Positions 24,163 to 35,243 of a DNA stretch of 64,000 nucleotides are shown in pieces. Below the pieces are notes generated by a model. That model was given only the letters and a program-made list of their open reading frames with translations, was not told where the DNA came from and made no database searches. Source of the DNA: Octopus bimaculoides (Eukaryota). Both the position numbers and the translations under genes were made by a program. The first letter of the stretch is position 1. Every line of letters starts with the position of its first letter. Location: the NCBI RefSeq assembly GCF_001194135.2, contig NC_069002.1, positions 1,620,839 to 1,684,838 on the forward strand, read 5' to 3'.

Positions 24163-24897
24163 CTCCTACACCAATCCCGTTTCCATCAGTAATGGCGCCT
24201 GGCATCCAGAGGGAAGCTGGGAGTTGTTCCACTGTTCAAGACTTAAACATGCTCAATTGCATTCAGGCAGAGTCCTGTGACAACCATCAGCATCATAACA
24301 ACAACAACAACACCACCACCACCACCATAGAAACTCTGGAATCTTACCCATCACCCGCCACTGGTCCCCAACCAATGGAAGAAGCCAGCTGTGACCCAAA
24401 CCATGTTAACAGACTCATCACCACAAACATGCACAGCACTCTGCAGAATCCAGTGCTCGTCACTTCCAACCTGTCCAATCTCTCCGACCTTCGTCTCGGG
24501 ATGGGAATCACCTCACAGAACGATAACTTCCCCACTCATTCCCCTTCCATGCCTGATGTACAGTTGCCTCCGCTTTTGCAGGCTGCTAACCAATTTAGTC
24601 AAAAACATGTAGAACACCAGAAATCCGGTGCTGCCATGAGTGCAGCACCTTGCATCATGCAACATAATGGTTCAGCCCTTGAACTAACAAATGGTTCCGC
24701 TGCAGAAATTGCAGCGTCCATATCCGGTGCCAACCTTCAATCAATCTTAGATGCTTCACTTCATCAGCAACACCAACAACTCCAGGAACACTGTAATGAT
24801 GAAGTAGCCAATTCTTTGAATTCTATTGGAATGGTTACCAACAAGTCATGTGACGGAAATGCTGCAGCTTCTCTTTTAGACATCAACAACATGTCAG
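24163..24897 (+). CDS. PRDM4: PRDM4 coding exon 2 (low-complexity N-terminal region)
   Basis: ttttcag acceptor and gtattc donor, 735 nt open, phases 1/1. Confidence 0.82.
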
Positions 24898-25435
24898 GTA
24901 TTCGAAACTTGTCTTCTACAGTTTTTGTTCTATTTTCGTTTTTGTTGTTTTTTTTCTTTAAAGTCTGGGATTTATTCTATCAATCTTATTTGCTAAACTG
25001 CTGAGTCATGGGGAAGCAAACAAGGGGGGACTGGTGGTCAGATACACAGACACACACATGCACACAGATATACACACAAACACACACACATACGTACATA
25101 CACACACTGAAATACACAGTCATTCACACAAAGATACACACGCACACTCACAAACACACACACACAGACAGACATAAAGACATCCCCGACACACACACAC
25201 ACATAGACATACACACACACACACACACACACATATGATGTGCTTCCACACAGTTTCTGTCTACCAAATCCATTCCAAGGCTTTGGTCAGTCCAACCAAA
25301 ATTCTCAGCCAAAGAAAGCTAGGTTGACTTTCTAGACCCAGACGACAATGGTGGGGCAAAATTCCATTTGAAATGCAGTAGGATTTGTGATGACAATGAC
25401 CAATGTCTGAATGTTTACTCCACATGTTACGTTAT

Positions 25436-25525
25436 ATATTTTGACCTTTCACTTCATTGTATTTTGACCTTTCACTTCATTGTATTTTGACCTTTCTCTC
25501 CATTGTATTTTGACCTCCATTGTGA
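25436..25525. repeat. 23-bp tandem repeat, about 4 degenerate copies, PRDM4 intron 2
   Basis: Unit attttgacctttcacttcattgt. Confidence 0.8.
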
Positions 25526-25828
25526 GGTGAGGAGTTGGCAGAACTGTTTGTATGATGGTTGAAATGCTTAGTGGTATTGCATCTGTCTTCGTGTTCTGAG
25601 TTCAAATCCCACTGAGGTTGCTTTTGCCTTTCAGCCTTTCGGGGTTGATAAAATAAGTACCAGTTGGTTACTGGGGTCAATATAATTGACTTAGCCCTAC
25701 CCCCACCGAAATTGCTGGCCTTGTGCCAAAACTTGAAATTGACGAATGGATGGAGTTTGCTTCCCACCACCACCAACCACCACCACCGCCATAAACCCCT
25801 ACTTCATTCCTGCAGTCCTTTCTAACAG

Positions 25829-26035
25829 ATCAATATCATTTCTCCATTCCAGTGATCGACATGATTCTCAAAGTGCATCAAAGTGGTGCAGCAGCAGCAA
25901 CTACCACAACAACAACTGATGCTGCTAAAGATGAGACCAGGAGTGCAATGGTGATGTCTGGTACCAGCTGTCAACTGGGGGAGGACATGGCTACATTTAG
26001 TACTAAACCTTACAACCAAATGTCTTTTGACAACT
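25829..26035 (+). CDS. PRDM4: PRDM4 coding exon 3 (alternative in-frame acceptor at 25853)
   Basis: ctaacag acceptor and gtaagc donor, phases 1/1, open frame. Confidence 0.75.
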
Positions 26036-26390
26036 GTAAGCAAACTTTTTAGGTTAAACCTTAATATTTTTCCTTGTTCTTGTTTATTTAGCCCAAGGCC
26101 TGTCTTGATTGAGAAGTCTTAAAATGATCAAAGGCATTCCAGCCAAGCTGTTATTTCTAGCATGTTAAGTGACAATGTAGAAGCCCTCTTCTTGGCTGGT
26201 GTATTTTGTTGGTTTATGGCTGGCTTATATGATGTTGGGGATAATTTTGGTGATGCTAATGAGTATGATGGTTATGATGATGATGATGATGAAGATGAGG
26301 ATAAAAATGACGATGATGATGATGATTATGATGTGTCACTGGTTTTAAGTATTACTTAAAGTAGCCCGTTTCTGTTCCTCTCTTTTCCAG

Positions 26391-26585
26391 TTTGCCTAGA
26401 ATGCAACTACAACAGCAACACCAGTAGCAATGGCAGCAGCAGCAGCAGCAAGGCTCCATGTCAGATCCACAACACAAATTACTGTGATATTCCCGATAAC
26501 CCTATCCCTTCTCGAGCTCGTCTCTCAACACCTTCGCTTCTTTACCTGAAAACTACCTCAGCTCATGGTTACACAGACACTCTGG
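26391..26585 (+). CDS. PRDM4: PRDM4 coding exon 4 (zinc knuckle and start of PR domain)
   Basis: FCLEC...PCQIH...IPDNPIPSRARLSTP, comparable to recalled human VPDTPIESRARLSLP; ttttccag/gttagt boundaries. Confidence 0.9.
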
Positions 26586-27118
26586 GTTAGTTGTTTCCCA
26601 TTTGCTCACTCCCTCCTCCCCATCAGCTCTTCTTTAAGTTAATCTGTTACTCTGTTAATCTGTTAATCTGTTACATTGTGTACCATTAGCAGAGTGGACT
26701 CTCTTGCAAGAAATCAGGCCAAATCTCCGCTTTGAGAATAATTTCCTACCTCCCCCCCATCTTGGTTGGCCAGAGAAAAAATGATAGGCTCTGCCTTCCC
26801 ACCTGACAGAAAAATACTGTATGTATCCTGAGAGTGAGTGTCTTGGAGTCGAGGGACAACCAGCGATCACTGATTAATCTCCCAAAAATCAGGGTTTTAA
26901 TAATTGCTCATACCTGAATTCTCAGAACCGTATTCTGTGAAAGATTTCTCTTTGACAAAAGTTTAGAATTCAAATATAGGCAGTAATTTTAACCAATGGG
27001 ACACTAATAATTATGCCTATTCGGCCAACATGACCATTACGTCATATTACCGCCATTTACGACTTGCTTGCTACATTATTATTATTATTATTATTATTAT
27101 TGTTCTGTTCTTTTGTAG

Positions 27119-27234
27119 GAGTGTGGGCAAAAGAAACCGTTCCTTGCCGAAGCCGGTTTGGTCCATTCGTTGCCAAAGTGAAGGGGAAATGTCCAGTGGA
27201 TTCACAAAAGACATCAGATTTCCCCATTTGGATG
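27119..27234 (+). CDS. PRDM4: PRDM4 coding exon 5 (PR/SET: GVWAKETVPCRSRFGPF)
   Basis: tttgtag/gtaagt boundaries; PR-domain FGP motif. Confidence 0.92.
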
Positions 27235-27741
27235 GTAAGTATATTGTATCTCTGGATCTAGCATTCTCCATCACATCCTGCAACACTCCACAACCTATTG
27301 AGGTACATTTTTACATCTTCATTTAAGGCAGCAAGCTGGCGGAATTATCGGAGTGCCGGACAAAATGTTTAATGGCATTTCGTCTGTCGTCACATTCTCC
27401 CGTCTTAATTACATATTTCATATTTTAACATTGTATGAGTTAATTCCCTTGGATTATTGTGTTGGATAGAGTTCACTCCCTTAATGCGTTCGCTCTGTCT
27501 TTCTCTCCCCCTCTCTCTCTCTGGGCTGATTGGCACTCTGGAGATGATGTTATCGTCTTGTCCCCTTTCCTGAAATTGCTGGCCTTGTGCCAATATATGA
27601 AACCCATATTTTATACTTTCTCTCTTTCAGATGTTCTTAGTCAATCATTTTAAACTAACTCCAATTAGTTCTTAATTATCAGTCTACATGGAACCATGCC
27701 TCATTAACCATTCTCCAACCTCTTTCATTCTTTTATTGCAG

Positions 27742-27958
27742 ATCTTCTCCAAAGATGGACAAACTGCTGATGTCCTTGATGTCAACGATGAGAATGAGTG
27801 CAACTGGATGATGTTTGTGAAACCAGCTCGGTCATCAGAGGAGCAGAACTTGGTAGCGTACCAACAACAACATAGTATTTACTTCATGACATGCTGTGAT
27901 GTTCAACCACACCAAGAACTCTTGGTTTGGTACTCCAACGATTATGCGAGTGCGTTGG
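27742..27958 (+). CDS. PRDM4: PRDM4 coding exon 6 (PR/SET: DENECNWMMFVKPAR...EQNLVAY...ELLVWY)
   Basis: Near-identical to recalled human PRDM4 DENECNWMMFVRKARNREEQNLVAY; attgcag/gtaagg boundaries. Confidence 0.94.
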
Positions 27959-28056
27959 GTAAGGCTGACGGTTTTATTATGTTTTGCTCCAGGTTGTCCT
28001 TTGTAGGCTTGTTTCTTCTTTCACTACAAACACATGCATTCAACCCTTAACCCTTT

Positions 28057-28640
28057 TTATTATTATTATTATTATTATTACCTTTGCTCAGCTTCTAACG
28101 CTGGAAGATGTACTACGGTGTCAGCTGTTCACTACCAGTGAACTAAGGTAACACCTCTTATTTTTCGAGCACCTTCCGGAGTATTCGAGCGGTCCCAAGC
28201 AGTGCTGTTGTCTGCAAGTGTTCCACCCTTATTGCAGCCCCTATTTGTTCCACGTATTTCTCAAAATTTTTACTCACTGTTCCCAGGGCTCCGACAATTA
28301 TTGGTACTACTGCTACCTTTTTCATCGACCACAACTGCTTCACTTCCCAAGCTAACCTGTCATATCTCTCGAATTTTCTTTCTTCCTTATCGCATACCTT
28401 GTTGTCAGCTGGACATGCTATATCTATGATCCAGCATAGTTTGTTTTCTTTCTCAATGCCCGGCTTCCTATTCTCTATCGCTTGGTCGCACTGAATCATA
28501 AAATCCCATCGGATCTTTGCATTTCTATTTCCGACGATGCCTTCAGGTTTGTGGTCGTACCAACTTTTTGCTCTGTCAAGTCCATACTTGTTGCAAAGTG
28601 TCCAATGGCTATATTGCCTGGCTATATTGTCATGAAAAGA
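28057..28640 (-). mobile_element. 5'-truncated R4/Dong-like non-LTR retrotransposon (restriction-like endonuclease domain) with (TAA)8 tail, antisense in PRDM4 intron 6
   Basis: ORF 28158-28661 contains HDNIA...HWTLC (end of CCHC), WDFMIQCD...RKP...IIDIACP...K...Y..L and PIIVGALG; short 3' UTR then (TAA)n. Confidence 0.88.
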
Positions 28641-28778
28641 CATCCACATATCTGATTGCATATCCGATTTGGACCACCAAGAGCTGCATATAATTTCTGA
28701 CCTTTGTGGATCTTAAAATGTCTTTTATATATATTGATTGATTGATATGTATAATGTTGTTGTTGCTATTACCCACAG

Positions 28779-29054
28779 GTGTGCCATTGAAGGCCAACAT
28801 TACCTTGAACTGTTGCGTATGCAGAAAACCATTTGCCAGTCACAAACTCCTGGCGCAGCATGTCAGGTCAATGCATCCCGATGCCAGTGTTCGCCGATGG
28901 CACTGCCAATTTTGTAATAGAGGTTTTACGTCAATGACCAAGTTAAAGACTCATCTATTGACCCACATCGGTGCCAAGCCCCACTCTTGTTCCCAGTGTG
29001 GGAAGCGATTCACAGACCAAAGCAACCTCCGTACGCACCAGTCCATTCACACAG
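28779..29054 (+). CDS. PRDM4: PRDM4 coding exon 7 (zinc fingers 1-3)
   Basis: Three C2H2 fingers; cccacag/gtaagt boundaries, phases 1/1. Confidence 0.94.
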
Positions 29055-29611
29055 GTAAGTACCACATGGCATGATTGAATGAATTCCTTTGCTGCATTTT
29101 CATTTCATTGACTTAGTCAACCAGGCATGGCTGTGTGGTAAGAAGTTTGACATTGTAAAATAATATTGTTACATGGTGGCATTTTAAAATGTCAACATTT
29201 TACTCTATTAACATTATGCTATGTTGAGATTTTAACAAATTGACTGTCTAATATGTTGACAATTTAGAATTTTGACATGAGCTATGTTGACATGTCAATT
29301 TTAGTAAATGTGCATCTTATAGAAAATAAAATAAATTCAAATCTGGAATAACTGCGAAAACAGCCTAGAAAATTAGGTAAATACCTTGAGAAGATGGGAA
29401 AAAGTTACCAGCAGGCATCTACAGAAAATTGAACACTGTACCTCTCTCAGAGAAGTACAGGGTTCAATTTTCTAGACTGTTAGATTTTCTAGGCTGTTCT
29501 CACAGCCCTCCTGTGTTCAAAATTGTCTTTATTTTCTGTAAAATACCTATCCACTTAGATGTTTCTAAGACTTTTTATTAAAAAATGGCATTGTAATATA
29601 TTGAATTTAAT

Positions 29612-29770
29612 AAGTGGTTGGCGTTAGGAAGGGCATCCAGCTGTAGAAACTCTGCCAAATTAGACTGGAGCCTGGTGTTGCCATCCGGTTTCACCAGTCC
29701 TCAGTCAAATCGTCTAACCCATGCTAGCATGGAAAGCGGACGTTAAACGATGATGATGATGATGATGATA
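29612..29770 (+). mobile_element. SINE/LINE-tail repeat ending in (GAT)n
   Basis: ggttggcgttaggaagggcatccagctgtagaaac...ggacgttaaacgatgatgatg; related minus-strand copy at about 3655-3750. Confidence 0.7.
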
Positions 29771-29850
29771 TTTTAATATATTCACAAAACACTTTTATTT
29801 AATTATTTAATTTGATGTAATTATATTGTTTTATCTTTTGCTCCATTCAG

Positions 29851-30608
29851 GTGAGAGAAAATTTCCGTGCAGCGTCTGTAAGAAACAGTTTCGTCAGAAA
29901 GCTCACCTGACGTCCCACATGTTTACTCACACAGGTGAGAAGAAGCTGCAATGCCAGTTCTGTGAGAAGATGTTCTCTCGTTCTTCTGACCTCAAACAGC
30001 ATGAATACCAACACACACGCGAGAAACTCTACAGCTGTTCGCACTGTGACAAGAGTTTCTACAAAATGCAGAACTTCAAGAAGCATCTGAAGATTCATTC
30101 TGGTGAACGGAACTTTACTTGTGTGAGGTGTCACAAGTCATTCTATACAAAGTACCACTTGAAACGGCACAGTGGCACGTGTAAGGGGAGCCGAAGTACT
30201 GCTGCTCTTGGTGTTGCTGCTGCTGGTGGTGGTGGTGGTGAGAATGATAGTGGTGTTGGTGTTGGAGGTGGGAAAGTAGCAGTGCTGCAGCAGTCTGAAA
30301 ACTGTGGCCACCTCCATCTAGACACGTCTAACAACATTGATGACGGTCGAGGTGGTAATGATGAAGAAGAAGAGGATGGAAATGAGGATGAGGACGAGGA
30401 TGATGATGTCATGGATAGAAATGATGAGGAAGAGGTAGAGGAGGAGGAGGAGGATGTTGAAGATGACGATGATGATAATGATGATGATGATGATGATAAC
30501 GGTGGCGATGAAGATGATGATGAGGAAGAGGAAGAGGAGGACGAAGATGACGATGATGATGATGATGAGGGTGATGATTGTGAAGCACAACAAAGGACTA
30601 GGGTCTGA
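29851..30608 (+). CDS. PRDM4: PRDM4 last coding exon (zinc fingers 4-7, terminal C2HC, acidic tail, stop)
   Basis: The finger array ends TKYHLKRHSGTCKG, like recalled human PRDM4 TKYHLTRHLKTCKG. Joined CDS is 2766 nt (921 aa plus stop). Confidence 0.94.
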
Positions 30609-31499
30609 AGCAAAACATCTTCAACATTATTGAGGGTAATTGTTATTATCATTAACATCATCATCATCATCATCATCATCATCATTATTACTATTATCAT
30701 TATTATTATTAAAGATGACAAGCTTGTAGAATTCTTAGCAAGCCAGGCAAAATGCTTAGCGGCATTTCATCTGTCGTCACATTCAGAGTTCAAATTTCAC
30801 TGTTTCCGGAAGTGAATTATTCAAACCCCAAAGAATCCCTCTCAACACATGGCCATGATGCTCCCTCACTACTTCTGCTCGTGATCAGAGATGCACATCG
30901 TCAGCCACCAAGGGACATGCTCAACTGGTTAAGGTCAAACAACTGACAAGCAAATCTCTGGTATTGAGCAGAATATTTGCTGTAGCCCATTTTTTATACC
31001 AAGACAAAACAATGTTCATGATAACACTTCCAAACAGTTAAAATCAGAAGCCACTGCCTGGTACTTATCATTATTATTATTATTGTTATTATTATTGTTA
31101 TTATTATTATTATTATTGTGATGATGGATGAAATGATAAAGCATTGAACTTAATAATGTCCTATATTATTTAGTTATGGTCCTTCACATTCTGTTTCAAA
31201 TCCTGCTGAGGTTAACTTTGCCTTCCATTGTTCCAGGTTGATAAAATAAATACCAGTCATGTATTGGGGTCAATTTAAATTGACTGCATTCCATGCCCTT
31301 ATGTCTATGTTATAAATCATTGCTATTATTATCATCACCGTCACTGTCACACACATTGCTGAAGACTGGGTCTTCGGATGAATAACTTGTGCACATTCCT
31401 GTCCATTAATTTTCTCAAGGCCATTAATTTCTTCAAAGCCATTAATTACCTCAGACCTGTACAACTTATTTTAACCATGTAAATGCTGGAAGAATGATC

Positions 31500-31880
31500 C
31501 AAATGATCCAACCCATTTTAACATTGAGACATTGAGCCGTTTTTAACATGTGAACATTTGCAGACCTATACAACTGATTTTTAACATGTGAACATTTGCA
31601 GATCTATACAACCCCTTTCAACATGCAAATATTTGCAGACCTATACAACCCATTTTAACATGTGAACATTTGTAAGCCTATACAACTGATTTTTAACATG
31701 CGGACGTTTGCAGACCTATACAACCCATTTTAGCACGTGAATATTTGCAGACCTATACAACCCATTTTTAACATGTAAAAACTGGAAGAACTATTAAATC
31801 CATTTTAACATCTAAACATTGACAAAACCACAGAACCCATTTTAAAATGTTAACATTTGCAGCTTTATACAACCTATTTT
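31500..31880. repeat. 37-38 bp minisatellite, about 9 units, with outliers at about 32115-32185
   Basis: Unit aacatgtgaacatttgcagacctatacaacccatttt starts at 31545, 31583, 31620, 31657, 31695, 31732 and 31770. Confidence 0.9.
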
Positions 31881-33795
31881 AATTAGTCAATAGATGGGCC
31901 TCTACGGGTCAAAAGCTAGTTGCTAGAAATAGCAACAGAGTCTGCAACAAAATCCAATGTGAAAAGTAGTTTTAGATACAAAAAAAAAAAAATATGCAGA
32001 TGGTCATGGTTAGATTGTCATTGACTATAAATCTATCTAATCAGGCCAGACATGGGGCTAAACACCTACATTATTTGAATGCGTAATCTTTGATGGACTT
32101 CATGAAATTTACATTGAAAATGTAAACATTGGAAGCTCTATACAACCCAATTTAACGTGAAGATTTGCAGATCTATACAACCCTACCTGGTATATTTAAA
32201 ATTAATGTAAACTATGTTAAAAAGATGTGGAAATATGAAATTAAAAATTCTGTGATAAATAAAAAAATATAGGAAGTGAATTTTTGCTTTGGTCTTCTCA
32301 ATAAAACTGGTGAAGATGTGTTGTATTGTGTTTAGGATTAATGTGATTGATGTGGATAAGCATGTGTGTGTATATGTGGATGATGGCCTTCCCATCGAAG
32401 ACAACGTATGAGCGTTCGGCTGTTTTGCCAAACAACCTGCACAAATGGTTTGTTTATAGCGATCAAATGTTCGTGCCGCACATTAGCTCACTCTCGTTCC
32501 ATCAAATCGGTGTTGTCTGAACGGGTGTCACAGTGTGCCGCACGTCAGGTGTATAATGTGTGTATACGTGTGTGAGAGTCTATAGGAGTGTGTTTGCGTG
32601 GATATGTGTGTACGTGTGTGCATGCGTATGTCATTATGTACGCGTATGTGAGAGTATGTATGTGCACCTGTGAGTGTGTGTAATTGCGCATATGCATGTA
32701 TGATTGTAGCTTTGAGCGCGTGCGTGCATATGCGTGTGTGTATGTGACTACGTATGCATGTGCATGTGTGTCCCAGGATGTTCCCACCATTTCCTTCATG
32801 ACCATCACTTCCCTCACCACCTTCATCATCATCATCACCATCGACATCATCTTCATCCCCGTCATCATCATCGTCAACGTCATCGTTGTTATCGCCATAT
32901 CCGTACAAATAACACATTCTGGCGCGCCACTTCCCTCCTCACTTCATCTCACGCTGCCCCGCGATCATTTCAGAGGTATTGTTAGGCATATATAAAACTA
33001 GATTACGTTATGTAACGTAAACCTTCCTTTTCAAAGACGACAGATATTTGGCTGCTATTTCAAGCAGATCTGGCTACAGCATAGGCGCTCCTTTGGTGAC
33101 TCAAATTTTTGTCCGTCTCTTTTAGAGAAGTGCATTAACAATATATCAATAATTTACTGGTTATACGCAACCTAATATGCACGTCACATGTACACCAATA
33201 CATTTATTTATATATGTATATATATATGTATACATATGTGTGTGTGTATATATATATATGTAAATGCATATATGTGTGTGTTGACCTTAAGCGTTGTCAA
33301 AAGAAATCATTGCAAGGTTATATCGATCCCACGTCCAAATATATACATAAATATGTGCGTGCGCTCGATGTAGCAGGTGCTATCAATTTGTTCGCTTATC
33401 TATCCATCTACCTACCTACCTACCTACCTACCTACCTACTTATCACTCCACCTCCACAACTCCCTAAAGGCCTAACTGATCTTCTCCATTAAATCATCTA
33501 TCTATCTATCTATCTATCTAAGGAATGAGTCCTGGGGTCGATTTGTTCGACGAAAGGCAGTGCTCCAGCATGACCACAGCCAAATGCGTGAAACAAATAA
33601 AAGATTAAAAGAATATATATATATATATATATATATATANNNNNNNNNNNNNNNNNNNNNNNNNNNNNNNNNNNNNNNNNNNNNNNNNNNNNNNNNNNNN
33701 NNNNNNNNNNNNNNNNNNNNNNNNNNNNNNNNNNNNNNNNNNNNNNNNNNNNNNNNNNNNNNNNNNNNNNNNNNNNNNNNNNNNNNNNNNNNNNN

Positions 33796-34014
33796 ATACA
33801 AAGAATATATATACATGTATACACACATATATGTACATACTTACATCTACATGTGTATATACATGCATATCAGGGTACAGGACGTTAGAACAATAAACTA
33901 CAGACAACGGAACGAACATATAGGAAAACGGAAAGCCACTTGGAATATCCCTTCATCAGCTGTCTCTATTCTATCTAGACGTTTCGAAGATAAGACAGAA
34001 CGTACTCTAGAATA
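33796..34014 (+). repeat. 219-bp dispersed repeat (possible Penelope-like terminus); inverted copy at 58467-58685
   Basis: Direct comparison shows 2 mismatches in 219 nt. Confidence 0.9.
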
Positions 34015-34712
34015 GTCTCTTCCTGAGTAGTGGATATATATATATATATATGCGTACTCACATATATACGACGAGCTTCTTTCGACCTCTGTTTACAGAA
34101 TCCACTCACAAGGCTTTGGTTGGCCTGGGGTTATAGTAAAATACATTTGTTCAAGGTGCTGCACAGTAGGGCTGAAACCGAAACCACATGGTCGGGTTGC
34201 GCAAAGTTCTCAGCCACAAAATCATGCCTGCAACGTTTGGACCGTACATATCCTGTTCATTATTCGTTTACAGTTCGCTCTACGAAATATTTCTTTTTAT
34301 TCTAACCCCTCATCACTTCCAAGTCACTAACAATCTTTTAATTCGCCTTCTGTCCGAATTCATCCTTCCAGTCTTCGTTTTTTGTATTTTCGAGCAATAT
34401 TTCTGTCTATTACTCATTTCAAATTTTGGCCCAAAGCCAGCAAATTCGAGAGAGAGGTTAGTTGATTACATCGACCCTCAGTACTTGAATGGCACTTATT
34501 TAATCGGCCCCGAAATGATGAAAATTACTAAGGTAGCATGACTGAAGGCGTTCTGTATGAAGCCACAACAACACAGAAGTTTACCATAACAGTGTATAAC
34601 CAACCACTTTGCCGAGACTGCCCCGAGTTCTAATGATACAAATTTCCTGTTTTACGATGATTTAGATTAGTCGGCGAAATTTGAACTCAGAACGTGGCGA
34701 CTGGCGAAATGC

Positions 34713-34747
<35 letters not shown>

Positions 34748-35212
34748 TAAATGGGAAAAGCACATTGTTTCGTAATTCAAAGACAATATTTGATAAGCGC
34801 CAACGGTTNNNNNNNNNNNNNNNNNNNNNNNNNNNNNNNNNNNNNNNNNNNNNNNNNNNNNNNNNNNNNNNNNNNNNNNNNNNNNNNNNNNNNNNNNNNN
34901 NNNNNNNNNNNNNNNNNNNNNNNNNNNNNNNNNNNNNNNNNNNNNNNNNNNNNNNNNNNNNNNNNNNNNNNNNNNNNNNNNNNNNNNNNNNNNNNNNNNN
35001 NNNNNNNNNNNNNNNNNNNNNNNNNNNNNNNNNNNNNNNNNNNNNNNNNNNNNNNNNNNNNNNNNNNNNNNNNNNNNNNNNNNNNNNNNNNNNNNNNNNN
35101 NNNNNNNNNNNNNNNNNNNNNNNNNNNNNNNNNNNNNNNNNNNNNNNNNNNNNNNNNNNNNNNNNNNNNNNNNNNNNNNNNNNNNNNNNNNNNNNNNNNN
35201 NNNNNNNNNNNN

Positions 35213-35243
<31 letters not shown>

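Noticed and set aside
29685-29706. Minus-strand CUGAGGA-CUGGU-GAAAC
   Set aside because: Stem II is too short, there is no NUH with stem I, and it lies within a common SINE.
31500-31880. 37-bp repeats as a CRISPR array
   Set aside because: The units are contiguous with no unique spacers, there are no cas genes, and the context is eukaryotic.
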